Sequence record: DRR723986_20371
Strand: one strand, 5' to 3'
Length of the DNA: 37,556 nt
Part shown: piece after piece, positions 28,033 to 37,556 of the stretch
Layout of the letters: every line of letters starts with the position of its first letter
Position numbering within the stretch: the stretch's first letter is position 1
Made by a program: the position numbers and the translations under genes
The notes under the pieces: generated by a model
Told to the model about the DNA's origin: nothing
Databases searched by the model: none
Seen by the model: only the letters and a program-made list of their open reading frames with translations

Positions 28033-28488
28033 GTGGATACATTAAGCTACAAGACAGTTTCTGCTAACAAAGCTACCGTTAATAAGGAGTGGGTTTTAGT
28101 TGATGCTGAAGGACAAAATTTAGGTCGCTTAGCTTCAAGAGTAGCAATACTTTTAAGAGGAAAGCACAAGCCTAACTTTACGCCACACGTTGATTGCGGT
28201 GATAACGTAATTGTTATTAATGCAGAAAAAATCAACTTAACTGGTAACAAATGGACAGATAAAAGTTATATCCGTCACACAGGTTATCCAGGTGGTCAAA
28301 GAAGCCTGACTGCTACTGAGATGTTTGAGAAAGACCCAAACAGATTAGTGGAAAAGTCAGTAAAAGGAATGTTACCTAAAAATAAATTAGGTTCTGTTCT
28401 TTTTAGAAACTTAACTGTTGTTTCTGGTTCTGAGCACGCTCATGAGGCTCAAAAACCAAAAGCAATTAATTTAAACGAAATTAACTAA
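28033..28488 (+). CDS. rplM: 50S ribosomal protein L13 (GTG start)
   Basis: [22 protein letters not shown] and HTGYPGG motifs. Confidence 0.98.
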   Translation: MDTLSYKTVSANKATVNKEWVLVDAEGQNLGRLASRVAILLRGKHKPNFTPHVDCGDNVIVINAEKINLTGNKWTDKSYIRHTGYPGGQRSLTATEMFEKDPNRLVEKSVKGMLPKNKLGSVLFRNLTVVSGSEHAHEAQKPKAINLNEIN

Positions 28489-28874
28489 TGGAAGTAATTC
28501 ACAAAATTGGCCGTAGAAAGACGGCTGTTGCTCGTGTGTATGTTGCCAAAGGAAAAGGTAACATTACCGTGAACAAAAAAGACATGGCGGAATACTTTAC
28601 TACTGCACCATTGCAGTACAAAGTAAACCAACCTTTAACCATGACTAACAATGATGGCAACTTTGATATTACTGTTAACGTATATGGAGGTGGTATCACC
28701 GGCCAGGCAGAAGCAATACGTTTAGCATTATCTCGCGCAATGTGCGAACTTGATGCTGAAAACAGAGCAATATTAAAGCCAGAAGGTCTATTAACAAGAG
28801 ATCCAAGAATGGTAGAGCGTAAGAAATTCGGACAGAAGAAAGCGCGTAAGAAATTCCAGTTCTCTAAACGTTAA
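28488..28874 (+). CDS. rpsI: 30S ribosomal protein S9
   Basis: GRRKTAVARV, GGGITGQA and C-terminal ERKKFGQKKARKKFQFSKR; TAATG overlap with rplM. Confidence 0.98.
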   Translation: MEVIHKIGRRKTAVARVYVAKGKGNITVNKKDMAEYFTTAPLQYKVNQPLTMTNNDGNFDITVNVYGGGITGQAEAIRLALSRAMCELDAENRAILKPEGLLTRDPRMVERKKFGQKKARKKFQFSKR

Positions 28875-28888
28875 TATCCAACAAGACT

Positions 28889-28930
28889 TAATTCAGAACT
28901 TGATTTTTCAAGTTCTGAATTATTTTATTT
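28889..28930 (+). terminator. 15-bp perfect hairpin after rpsI (terminator or mRNA stabiliser)
   Basis: TAATTCAGAACTTGA-tttt-TCAAGTTCTGAATTA followed by a T-rich tract. Confidence 0.65.
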
Positions 28931-28940
28931 TATTGAAACC

Positions 28941-29074
28941 GCTGCATAGTGCAGCAAATTTTAAACCAGTTATTGTTGTCCACAATGGGAACATTGGGAT
29001 TTAGTTTAGCATCTAAATGTTTAAGGCAAGCGAAAGCAACCACTTAATCATTGCTAATTCAACAGAACGTAAAC
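28941..29074 (+). promoter_or_regulatory. Structured rpsB 5' leader (candidate autogenous-control element)
   Basis: Hairpins GCTGCA/TGCAGC, CAATG-GGAA-CATTG and nested TTAGCA..TTAAG..GC-GAAA-GC..CTTAA..TGCTAA upstream of rpsB. Confidence 0.5.
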
Positions 29075-29084
29075 TATTACAAAA

Positions 29085-29870
29085 ATGGAAAAAGTAGAAG
29101 TAAAAGAACTACTAGAAGCAGGTGTACACTTCGGTCACCTAACACGTAAGTGGGATCCAAACATGGCTCCTTACATTTATATGGAACGTAACGGTATCCA
29201 TATTATTAACCTTTACAAAACAGCAGCTAAGATTGAAGAGACTTGTGCAGCATTGAGTAAAATTGCAGCATCAGGAAAGAAAATCTTATTCGTTGCTACC
29301 AAAAAACAAGCAAAAGACATCGTTGCTGAAAAAGCAGGTGCTGTAAACCAACCTTACATTACTGAGCGTTGGCCAGGTGGAATGTTAACTAACTTCGTTA
29401 CAATTAGAAAGGCTGTAAAGAAAATGGCTTCTATTGATAGAATGAAAAAAGATGGAACTTTCAACTCTTTATCTAAAAAAGAACGTTTACAAGTAGACCG
29501 TCAACGTGCTAAATTAGAAAAGAATTTAGGTTCTATCTCTGATATGACACGTTTACCAGGTGCTTTATTTGTAGTTGACATTAAGCGTGAGCATATTGCG
29601 ATTAAGGAAGCGCAAAAATTAAACATCCCAATCTTTGCAATGGTTGATACTAACTCTGATCCACGTCAGGTAGATTATCTAATTCCAGCAAACGACGATG
29701 CTTCTAAGTCAATAAATAAAATATTATCTATCGTTGCTTCATCAATTGAAGATGGCTTAAACGAAAGAAAAGCAGAGCGTACTGAAAAAGATAATAAAGC
29801 TCAGAAAGCTGAGGCTAAACCAGCAAAGAAAGCTGAACCAGCTCCAGTAGCAGCTCAAGAAGAAGAATAA
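29085..29870 (+). CDS. rpsB: 30S ribosomal protein S2
   Basis: LLEAGVHFGH, ERWPGGMLTNF, VDTNSDP and PANDD motifs. Confidence 0.98.
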   Translation: MEKVEVKELLEAGVHFGHLTRKWDPNMAPYIYMERNGIHIINLYKTAAKIEETCAALSKIAASGKKILFVATKKQAKDIVAEKAGAVNQPYITERWPGGMLTNFVTIRKAVKKMASIDRMKKDGTFNSLSKKERLQVDRQRAKLEKNLGSISDMTRLPGALFVVDIKREHIAIKEAQKLNIPIFAMVDTNSDPRQVDYLIPANDDASKSINKILSIVASSIEDGLNERKAERTEKDNKAQKAEAKPAKKAEPAPVAAQEEE

Positions 29871-29889
29871 ATAACATTTATACAATACT

Positions 29890-29938
29890 AAAAGTCATTT
29901 AATTCTTTTCAGGTTGAAAATTAATTGAATGACTTTTT
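29890..29938 (+). terminator. Long imperfect hairpin with U tract between rpsB and tsf (partial terminator)
   Basis: AAAAGTCATT..AATT..TTTTCA-ggt-TGAAAA..AATT..AATGACTTTTT. Confidence 0.55.
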
Positions 29939-29952
29939 AAATTTTAAAAACT

Positions 29953-30927
29953 ATGGAAAATACTGTAAAAATTACAGCAGCAGAAGTAAACAAGCTAAGA
30001 CAAGCAACTGGTGCTGGTATGATGGATTGTAAAAAAGCTTTAGTTGAAGCTGGTGGTGATTTTGATAAAGCCATTGAAGTTTTACGTAAAAAAGGGCAAA
30101 AAGTTGCAGAAAAAAGAGCAGATAGAGATTCTTCTGAAGGTGCAGCTGTTGCTAAAATTAATGCAGATAGCACTTCTGGTGTTGCTATTGTATTAGGCTG
30201 TGAGACTGATTTCGTAGGTAAAAACGAAAACTTCGTGAAGCTTGCTAATGAGTTAGGTGAAGTTGCATTAAATTACAATACAAAAGAAGAGTTTTTAGCA
30301 GGTGATTTTGGAGGTATGACAGTTGCTGAAAAATTAACTGAGCAAACTGGTGTTATCGGTGAGAAATTAGATATCACTGCTTTTGAAAGATTAGATGCAC
30401 CTTTCGTAGGACAATATGTTCACATTAATAAAATTGCTTCATTAGTAGGATTATCCTCTAAGGTAGACAACGCTGAAACTTTAGTAAAAGACGTAGCTAT
30501 GCAAGTAGCTTCTATGGGAGCGACAACATTGTCATATAAAGATTTTGATCCGGCATACATCGCATCAGAAACCGAAGCTCGTATTGCTGTAATTGAAAAA
30601 GATAATATCGAATTAGGACGTTTAGGAAAGACCTTAAAGAATGTACCAAAGTATATTTCTATGGCTCAATTAAAGCCTGAAGTTTTAGCTGAAGCTGAAG
30701 AAGCTGCTAAAGCTGAGTTAAAAGCAGAAGGTAAACCAGAACAAATCTGGGATAGAATTTTACCTGGTAAAATGGAACGTTTCATTTCTGATAACACAAC
30801 TTTAGATCAAGAGCAATGCTTATTAGATCAGAAGTTTATTAAAGACGAAAAGCAAACTGTTGCTGAGTATGTTAAGACTTATGGTGACGTTGAAGTTACT
30901 GGTTTTAAAAGAGCTACAGTAGGATAA
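29953..30927 (+). CDS. tsf: Elongation factor Ts
   Basis: LRQATGAGMMDCKKAL, CETDFV and EGKPEQIW motifs; lies between rpsB and pyrH. Confidence 0.98.
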   Translation: MENTVKITAAEVNKLRQATGAGMMDCKKALVEAGGDFDKAIEVLRKKGQKVAEKRADRDSSEGAAVAKINADSTSGVAIVLGCETDFVGKNENFVKLANELGEVALNYNTKEEFLAGDFGGMTVAEKLTEQTGVIGEKLDITAFERLDAPFVGQYVHINKIASLVGLSSKVDNAETLVKDVAMQVASMGATTLSYKDFDPAYIASETEARIAVIEKDNIELGRLGKTLKNVPKYISMAQLKPEVLAEAEEAAKAELKAEGKPEQIWDRILPGKMERFISDNTTLDQEQCLLDQKFIKDEKQTVAEYVKTYGDVEVTGFKRATVG

Positions 30928-30954
30928 TTTTAGAATTAATTTTCTATATATATT

Positions 30955-30988
30955 AAAAAAGCCTCTCAAATATGAGAGGCTTTTTTTT
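30955..30988 (+). terminator. Intrinsic terminator after tsf
   Basis: AAAAAA-GCCTCTCA-aata-TGAGAGGC-TTTTTTTT. Confidence 0.88.
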
Positions 30989-31024
30989 GCAATTTTTTCA
31001 CTTTTACACCTCCTAATAATTATG

Positions 31025-31032
31025 TAGCTTTG
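31025..31032 (+). promoter_or_regulatory. -7 box for pyrH
   Basis: TAGCTTTG, 20 nt upstream of the ATG and after the tsf terminator. Confidence 0.6.
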
Positions 31033-31052
31033 TTCAACTTTCAAAAACACTC

Positions 31053-31760
31053 ATGAAATACAAAAGAATATTACTAAAATTATCTGGTGAAGCTTTAATG
31101 GGAAATCGCCAATATGGTATAGACCCTGAACGTTTAGCTGAATATGCAAAAGATATTAAAGAGATAACAGACTTAGGCGTTGAAGTTGCTATTGTTATTG
31201 GAGGTGGTAATATATTTAGAGGCGTTGCTGGTGCTATGAATGGTATGGACCGTGTACAAGGAGACCATATGGGAATGCTTGCCACTGTTATTAATGGTCT
31301 AGCGCTACAGAATGCATTAGAGGATGCTGGTGTTAAAACTCGACTTCAAACAGCTATTAAGATCAACGAAGTTGCAGAGCCATTCATAAGACGTAAAGCA
31401 ATGAGTCACCTTAACAAAGGAAGAGTAGTTATTTTTGGTGGCGGAACAGGTAATCCATATTTTACCACAGATTCAGCAGCAGTACTAAGAGCAATTGAGA
31501 TTGAAGCTGATGTTATTTTAAAAGGAACGCGCGTAGACGGTATTTACACAGCAGATCCAGAGAAAGATAGTACAGCAGTGAAATTTGACAATATTTCATT
31601 TGAAGACGTTTTAAGTAAAGGACTTAAGGTAATGGACACAACAGCTTTTACATTAAGTCAAGAAAATGAATTACCAATTATTGTTTTTGATATGAATAAA
31701 AAAGGAAATTTACTTAAAGTAGTTTCCGGCGAAAATATTGGAACAGTAGTTAATCTATAA
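31053..31760 (+). CDS. pyrH: UMP kinase
   Basis: [29 protein letters not shown] and LKVMD motifs. Confidence 0.98.
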   Translation: MKYKRILLKLSGEALMGNRQYGIDPERLAEYAKDIKEITDLGVEVAIVIGGGNIFRGVAGAMNGMDRVQGDHMGMLATVINGLALQNALEDAGVKTRLQTAIKINEVAEPFIRRKAMSHLNKGRVVIFGGGTGNPYFTTDSAAVLRAIEIEADVILKGTRVDGIYTADPEKDSTAVKFDNISFEDVLSKGLKVMDTTAFTLSQENELPIIVFDMNKKGNLLKVVSGENIGTVVNL

Positions 31761-31804
31761 ATTTGGCTTAACTTTTGATATCCCTCAATTAAAATTTGAA
31801 TATT

Positions 31805-32356
31805 ATGGACGAAATTAAATTTATAATAGACACAGCAAAAGAGGCAATGGATGCCGCTCTAAAACATTTAGAAAAACAACTTGTAAATATACGAGCTGGT
31901 AAAGCCAGCCCAGCTATGCTAGGAAGTGTTATGGTAGATTATTATGGTTCTCAAACACCACTTAATCAAGTAGCTAATGTAAATACTCCAGATGGAAGAA
32001 CTATTTCCGTACAACCATGGGAAAAAAGCATGTTACAAGAAATTGAGCGTGGTATTATGTTGGCTAACCTAGGATTTAATCCTATGAATAATGGCGAAAC
32101 AATTATAATTAATGTACCGCCATTAACAGAAGAACGTCGTAAAGACCTAGCTAAACAGGCAAAAGCAGAAGCAGAAGATGCGAAAATTGGTGTGAGAAAT
32201 GCCCGAAAAGAAGCAATGAATGACATCAAAAAAGCGGATGTGTCAGAAGATTTACAAGGAAATGCTGAAATTGATGTGCAAGAATTAACAGATTCTTACG
32301 TTAAGAAGATAGATGATATTCTTGACGTCAAGGAAAATGAAATAATGACAGTTTAG
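31805..32356 (+). CDS. frr: Ribosome recycling factor
   Basis: IRAGKA, DYYG..TPL and PPLTEERRK motifs; ATG 31805 preferred over TTG 31796. Confidence 0.97.
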   Translation: MDEIKFIIDTAKEAMDAALKHLEKQLVNIRAGKASPAMLGSVMVDYYGSQTPLNQVANVNTPDGRTISVQPWEKSMLQEIERGIMLANLGFNPMNNGETIIINVPPLTEERRKDLAKQAKAEAEDAKIGVRNARKEAMNDIKKADVSEDLQGNAEIDVQELTDSYVKKIDDILDVKENEIMTV

Positions 32357-32374
32357 TTTCTTAAAAAGAATATT

Positions 32375-32403
32375 ACATCCCAAATAATTGGGATGTTTTT
32401 TTT
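32375..32403 (+). terminator. Intrinsic terminator after frr
   Basis: ACATCCCAA-ataa-TTGGGATGT-TTTTTTT. Confidence 0.85.
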
Positions 32404-32417
32404 AACTCAAACTTGAA

Positions 32418-33698
32418 ATGTATAAATCACTATTTGTTGCTTTTTTTCTTCTAACAGTAACAATTAGCTACGGACAACAACCAAATCTCAAAAAGCAAGA
32501 CTCGACAGAACGCACTCAGGATTCAATTAAAAAAGCGAATTTCTTAAAGAATCTTGGCAATGGTTTTTTACCATTCAGATACTTTAACGCAGACTTACGC
32601 TACCTAATTAAATTCAATCAATATGAAGGTATAAGAACTGGTCTAGGTGGTGAAACCAACGAGAAATTTTCAAAAAGGTTTAGAATAAACTCCTACATAG
32701 TTTATGGATTTAGAGATAAAAATTTAAAATATAAAATTGGTGGTGGCTTCAGAGTTAATAAAGATACTGGCACTTGGATAAACTTGGCTTATACTGACGA
32801 TTTGCAAGAAACTGGCAGCTCTACTTTTCTAACTGATAAGCGTTTTTTTACTTTTTTTGAGCCACGATTATTAAATATTGATTTATTCCATAGACATATA
32901 ACTAAATATATTGGTATAGAACATAAAATCACTAACCACTTACTCTCTGAAACACAGTTCGCAACTAGTAAAATCAACCCAACATACTTCTATAACTATA
33001 ATTTAAATGGTAAAAGTTATGATAAATTTGATTTAAGCTATGCAAAAATAAGTTTACAGTGGAGTCCATTTAGTAATTATAAGTACGAGCAAGACAATTT
33101 AATAGAAACCAAAAACGGTTTCCCAAAATTCACACTTCAATTCACACAGAGTTTTGAATCCATATTTGGCAGTGATTTCAATTTTTCTAAATTAGATTTT
33201 AGAGCTATTCAAGAATTTAAGCACAAAAATAGTGCAACTACTAATATTGCACTTGTAGCAGGTATCGCAAGCGGAGATGCTCCTTTGACTCATTTATATC
33301 ATGCCTATCCAAATAATATAAATAAAGAAACCATATTACAACGATTCTCAGTAGCTGGTCTAAACAGTTTTGAAACTATGTATTTTAATGAGTTTTTCAG
33401 TGATAAATTTTCTACACTACAATTAAAACATTCGTTTAGGCGATTTAAAATTACTGAACGTTTTAGACCACAACTCGTACTAATATCAAGATACGCCTTA
33501 GGTGATATGAATAGTATAGACAGGCATCAAGGAATTAGTATTAATAGACTCAATAAATTATACTCCGAATCTGGTTTTGAAATAAACAAACTTCTACTAG
33601 GTTTTGGGTTGAGTTTTGCCTATCGCTATGGCGGATATCACCTTCCAAATTTAGAAGATAATATTGCATTTAAATTCACCTTTAATATTTCCATTTAA
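32418..33698 (+). CDS. DUF5686-like outer-membrane beta-barrel protein (short form)
   Basis: Sec signal ending SYG|Q; FNQYEG.R.GLG motif; alternating aromatic beta-strand pattern; C-terminal FKFTFNISI. Confidence 0.65.
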   Translation: MYKSLFVAFFLLTVTISYGQQPNLKKQDSTERTQDSIKKANFLKNLGNGFLPFRYFNADLRYLIKFNQYEGIRTGLGGETNEKFSKRFRINSYIVYGFRDKNLKYKIGGGFRVNKDTGTWINLAYTDDLQETGSSTFLTDKRFFTFFEPRLLNIDLFHRHITKYIGIEHKITNHLLSETQFATSKINPTYFYNYNLNGKSYDKFDLSYAKISLQWSPFSNYKYEQDNLIETKNGFPKFTLQFTQSFESIFGSDFNFSKLDFRAIQEFKHKNSATTNIALVAGIASGDAPLTHLYHAYPNNINKETILQRFSVAGLNSFETMYFNEFFSDKFSTLQLKHSFRRFKITERFRPQLVLISRYALGDMNSIDRHQGISINRLNKLYSESGFEINKLLLGFGLSFAYRYGGYHLPNLEDNIAFKFTFNISI

Positions 33699-33746
33699 GA
33701 AGTATTATATTCCTGTTAAATCAATGGCTAATCCTTAGGTTTTTTC

Positions 33747-33754
33747 TACCTTTG
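33747..33754 (+). promoter_or_regulatory. -7 box for the MMPL gene (and probably asnS)
   Basis: TACCTTTG, 20 nt upstream of ATG 33775. Confidence 0.6.
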
Positions 33755-33774
33755 CGGCTCATTTCAAACAATGC

Positions 33775-36195
33775 ATGTTTAAACTATTAACAACAGGATT
33801 TTGGGAAGCCATTGCGAGGTTAATACTCCGCAACAAAATCTTTATTCTATTAGCTATAATTTTAGCTACGTTGTTTTTTAGTATGCAATGGAAACATATG
33901 CGTTTCACCTATACGGAAGCCAATATGTTACCAGATGAGCACGAAGTTAATGTTACCTACAATGACTTTCTTGAAATATTTGGTGAAGAAGGAAACTTAA
34001 TTGTTCTTGGTGTAAAAGATTCTAGTTTATTTTCTGTAAAACAGTTTAATGAATGGAATGCTCTTGCGGAGTCATTTAAAAATTATGACGAGGTAGAAAC
34101 CGTATTATCTATTAAAGATCTTCAGAAACTAGTTAAAAATACTAAGGAAAAACAGTTTGACTTAGAGCCCTTTATTAAAGATACCATTACAGATATTACC
34201 CAAATTGAGACTTTACAAGATGAATTATTCAACAAATATCCATTTTATGATAATTTCTTGTTTAATGCAGAGACAAAAACTATCAGAACGGCCATATATC
34301 TTAAGAAAGAAATTGTAAACACATCCGCTCGTAAAGACTTTATTATTGAAGACCTAGAGTCTAAAATTGCCAATTTTGAAAGCAATACTGGGTTAGACGT
34401 AAGAGTTTCTGGTATGCCATATATTAGAACTTTAAACTCTCAAAATATAGTTGACGAAATTGGATTATTTATTGGTGCTGCTCTGTTAGTGACCTCTTTA
34501 ATATTCTTTTTGTTTTTTAGATCCTTTAGAGCAACTTTTATCTCTCTCATAGTTGTTTGCATTGGTGTAATGTGGACGTTTGGAATATTAGGACTCCTAG
34601 GTTACGAGATAACTGTGTTAACCGCTCTAATACCACCTCTCATTATTGTAATTGGAATTCCAAATTGTATTTTCTTAATTAATAAATATCAACATGAGGT
34701 AAAATCTCATGGTAATAAAGTAAAATCGTTGCAACGTGTAATTACCAAAGTTGGTAACGCTACACTAATGACCAATGTGACTACAGCATCTGGTTTTGCT
34801 ACATTTATTTTAACAGAAAGTAAACTTTTAAAGGAGTTTGGTATTGTTGCATCACTAAGTATTTTGGCAATTTTTATATTATGCCTACTTATAATTCCAA
34901 TAATTTACACCTTTTTACCTTACCCAAAAGATCGTCATTTAGAACATCTCAATAAGCGTTGGATTGGTGGCTTTGTTGACTGGATGGAGCGTATGGTAAA
35001 ACATAAAAAAATCACCATTTACGTTACTGCTTTAATCCTAATTATAGCCAGTATGATAGGAATGAATCAAATAAAAATATCAGGAAGTCTCATAGAAGAT
35101 ATGCCTAAAAACAAGCAGTTTTTTAAAGATATTCGGTTTTTTGAGGAAGAATTTAACGGTATAATGCCATTAGAAATTATGGTAGACACTAAGCGTAAAA
35201 AAGGTGTCATGAAATTATCTACTCTGCGCAGAATTAATGATCTTGAGGAATTAATTATAGAAACACCAGAATTATCAAAACCTATATCTGTAGTAAGTCT
35301 GGTAAAATATAGTAAGCAGGCCTACTATAATGGCAATCCTAAATACTATCAATTACCTACAAGTCAGGAGAATAGTTTTATACTATCTTATGCAAAGAAT
35401 TCTACTTCAGAAGTTGATTTATTAAGAAATTTTGTAGATAGTACAGGTCAATATGCACGTATCACAACCTTTATGAAAGATATTGGTACTGACAAAATGG
35501 AACGTATACAGGAAAACCTTCAAAATAAAATTGACAAAGCTTTTCCAAAAGAACGATACGACGTTACAATGACAGGTAAAGCCTTAGTTTTTCAAAAAGG
35601 AACCAAGTATTTGGTGAGAAATTTAGTGATATCACTTACTCTAGCTATTTTCCTTATATCGTTATTCATGGCTTATTTATTTCGATCCTTTAGAATGATA
35701 ATTGTATCGCTTATTCCAAACCTATTGCCTCTATTAGTTACTGCTGGTCTAATGGGTTATGTTGGTGTACCAATAAAGCCATCTACTATATTAGTGTTTA
35801 GTATTGCTTTTGGTATATCTGTTGACGATACCATTCATTTTTTGGCTAAATACAGACAAGAATTACAAGCTAATCACTGGAAAATAAGAAAATCTGTTTA
35901 TGCAGCACTGAGAGAAACTGGTGTAAGTATGTTTTATACATCTATTGTATTATTCTTTGGATTCTCTGTATTTACTATATCTAGTTTTGGTGGTACAGTT
36001 GCTTTGGGAGCATTAGTATCTATTACCCTACTCTTTGCAATGTTATCAAACTTGTTGCTTTTGCCATCGCTATTATTATCTTTAGAGCGAAATATTGCAA
36101 ACAAAGAAGTTTTAAGAGAGCCTGCAATAAATATTATTCCTTCAGAGGATGATGATGAAAATAGTATAGAAGAGGACGAAGAAAATTTATCTTAG
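33775..36195 (+). CDS. MMPL/RND-superfamily transporter
   Basis: Two repeats of 1 TM + periplasmic domain + 5 TM; TTASGF and GISVDDTIHF motifs. Confidence 0.9.
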   Translation: MFKLLTTGFWEAIARLILRNKIFILLAIILATLFFSMQWKHMRFTYTEANMLPDEHEVNVTYNDFLEIFGEEGNLIVLGVKDSSLFSVKQFNEWNALAESFKNYDEVETVLSIKDLQKLVKNTKEKQFDLEPFIKDTITDITQIETLQDELFNKYPFYDNFLFNAETKTIRTAIYLKKEIVNTSARKDFIIEDLESKIANFESNTGLDVRVSGMPYIRTLNSQNIVDEIGLFIGAALLVTSLIFFLFFRSFRATFISLIVVCIGVMWTFGILGLLGYEITVLTALIPPLIIVIGIPNCIFLINKYQHEVKSHGNKVKSLQRVITKVGNATLMTNVTTASGFATFILTESKLLKEFGIVASLSILAIFILCLLIIPIIYTFLPYPKDRHLEHLNKRWIGGFVDWMERMVKHKKITIYVTALILIIASMIGMNQIKISGSLIEDMPKNKQFFKDIRFFEEEFNGIMPLEIMVDTKRKKGVMKLSTLRRINDLEELIIETPELSKPISVVSLVKYSKQAYYNGNPKYYQLPTSQENSFILSYAKNSTSEVDLLRNFVDSTGQYARITTFMKDIGTDKMERIQENLQNKIDKAFPKERYDVTMTGKALVFQKGTKYLVRNLVISLTLAIFLISLFMAYLFRSFRMIIVSLIPNLLPLLVTAGLMGYVGVPIKPSTILVFSIAFGISVDDTIHFLAKYRQELQANHWKIRKSVYAALRETGVSMFYTSIVLFFGFSVFTISSFGGTVALGALVSITLLFAMLSNLLLLPSLLLSLERNIANKEVLREPAINIIPSEDDDENSIEEDEENLS

Positions 36196-36214
36196 TATTC
36201 AAAATAAATAAACA

Positions 36215-37556
36215 ATGACAACAAAAACAGTAGCAGCATTACTGTCGCAAGACATGACTTTAAAGGATGTTACCTTTCAGGATATTACCGTAAAAGGATG
36301 GGTTAGAACATTCAGGGCAAATCGATTTATTGCCCTAAACGATGGATCTACCATAAATAATATTCAGTGTGTTGTTGACTTTGAAAATTTTGATGAAAGC
36401 TTGTTAAAGCGCATTAACACTGGTGCAGCTATAAATGTTATTGGTGAATTAGTTGAAAGTCAAGGAAAAGGTCAGTCTGTTGAAATACAAGTTAAAGAAC
36501 TTGAAGTCTTAGGTGATTCAGATCCTGAAACTTACCCAATTCAACCAAAAAAACACACCTTCGAATTCTTAAGAGAAAATGCACATTTACGCACCAGAAC
36601 AAGTACATTTAGTGCAGTAATGCGCATTAAGTCTTCATTATCCTTCGCTATTCATAAATACTTTACTGAAAACGGATTTTACAATATGCATACACCAATA
36701 ATTACAGGTAGTGATGCAGAAGGTGCTGGAGACATGTTTCGTGTAAGTACGTTAGATGCCAAAAATCCACCTTTAACTGAAGATGGTGAAGTAAACTATA
36801 AAGAAGACTTTTTCGGTAAAGAAACCAATCTAACAGTTTCTGGTCAGCTTGAAGCTGAGACCTATGCTATGTCTCTAGGTAAGGTTTATACATTTGGCCC
36901 AACATTTAGAGCTGAAAATTCTAACACTTCTCGTCATTTAGCTGAGTTTTGGATGATTGAACCAGAAGTTGCCTTTATGGATTTAGCTGGTAATATGGAT
37001 TTAGCAGAAGATTTTTTAAAGTCGGTTTTAAGTTATGTTTTAGAGACTAACAAAGAAGATTTAGATTTTTTAGATAAGCGTTTACAAGACGAAGAAAAGA
37101 GATTACCGCAAGCACAACGTGGTCCAATGAATTTAATTGAGAAAATTAAATTTGTAGTAGATAATAATTTTAAACGTGTTAGCTATACTGAGGCTATTGA
37201 TATCCTTAGAAATAGTAAACCAAATAAAAAGAAGAAATTCAAATATATTATTGAAGAATGGGGAGCAGACCTTCAGTCCGAACATGAGCGTTTCCTAGTG
37301 GAAAAACACTTTAAGTGCCCTGTGATTTTATTTGATTATCCTGCAAATATCAAAGCATTCTATATGCGTTTGAATGAAGACGGTAAAACCGTAAGAGCCA
37401 TGGATATTCTTTTCCCTGGCATTGGAGAAATGGTAGGTGGATCTCAGCGTGAAGAGCGTTTAGATGTGCTTAAGGAAAAAATGAAAGCCTTGGATATACC
37501 AGAAGAAGAGTTATGGTGGTATTTAGATTTACGTAAATATGGTACAGCTGTGCATT
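36215..37556 (+). CDS. asnS: Asparagine--tRNA ligase, partial (runs off right edge)
   Basis: Hand translation from ATG 36215: VKGWVRTFR, LNDGS, TPIITGSDAEGAG, LTVSGQL, FGPTFRAENSNTSRHLAEFWMIEPE, GGSQREER. Confidence 0.97.
   Translation, partial: MTTKTVAALLSQDMTLKDVTFQDITVKGWVRTFRANRFIALNDGSTINNIQCVVDFENFDESLLKRINTGAAINVIGELVESQGKGQSVEIQVKELEVLGDSDPETYPIQPKKHTFEFLRENAHLRTRTSTFSAVMRIKSSLSFAIHKYFTENGFYNMHTPIITGSDAEGAGDMFRVSTLDAKNPPLTEDGEVNYKEDFFGKETNLTVSGQLEAETYAMSLGKVYTFGPTFRAENSNTSRHLAEFWMIEPEVAFMDLAGNMDLAEDFLKSVLSYVLETNKEDLDFLDKRLQDEEKRLPQAQRGPMNLIEKIKFVVDNNFKRVSYTEAIDILRNSKPNKKKKFKYIIEEWGADLQSEHERFLVEKHFKCPVILFDYPANIKAFYMRLNEDGKTVRAMDILFPGIGEMVGGSQREERLDVLKEKMKALDIPEEELWWYLDLRKYGTAVH

Noticed and set aside
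2858-32977. Remaining short ORFs (about 60-105 aa) overlapping larger genes
   Set aside because: They lie antisense or out of frame within well-supported genes and show no recognisable motifs.
1-37556. CRISPR arrays, IS elements, prophage genes, rRNA or known riboswitches
   Set aside because: No repeat-spacer periodicity, transposase or phage motifs seen; intergenic gaps are all under about 300 bp. A covariance-model search would be needed to exclude small RNA families.

Overview
AT-rich chromosomal segment of a Bacteroidota bacterium, most likely Flavobacteriaceae, judged from protein sequences, TAnnTTTG (-7) promoter boxes and A-rich translation starts without Shine-Dalgarno sites. Left end: rimP-nusA-infB on the minus strand (infB runs off the window), a tandem-domain universal stress protein and tRNA-Gln(UUG). 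Next come a DUF2723/TMEM260-like GT-C membrane protein with a CE4 deacetylase, a thioredoxin-fold protein with no cysteines, and a membrane metallophosphoesterase. The middle (10.1-21.3 kb) is a divergent glycan cluster with no SusC/SusD. It encodes GH20 hexosaminidase, CutC and GH2 beta-mannosidase on the minus strand, and GH92 alpha-mannosidase, a FucP-like sugar permease and glycosylasparaginase on the plus strand. These predicted activities match the linkages of the Man3GlcNAc2-Asn N-glycan core. An aldehyde dehydrogenase, a small basic secreted protein and a truncated isoaspartyl peptidase/asparaginase pseudogene follow. The right part is housekeeping: polA, sua5, rplM-rpsI-rpsB-tsf-pyrH-frr, a short DUF5686 outer-membrane protein, an MMPL/RND transporter and asnS (partial). 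I saw no mobile element, CRISPR array or rRNA. The best leads are (1) CutC as an unassigned enzyme inside an N-glycan catabolic operon, (2) DUF2723 as a candidate protein O-glycosyltransferase, (3) the cysteine-free thioredoxin, (4) the asparaginase deletion scar and (5) structured ribosomal-operon leaders. All family calls come from motif recognition by eye; no database searches were run.
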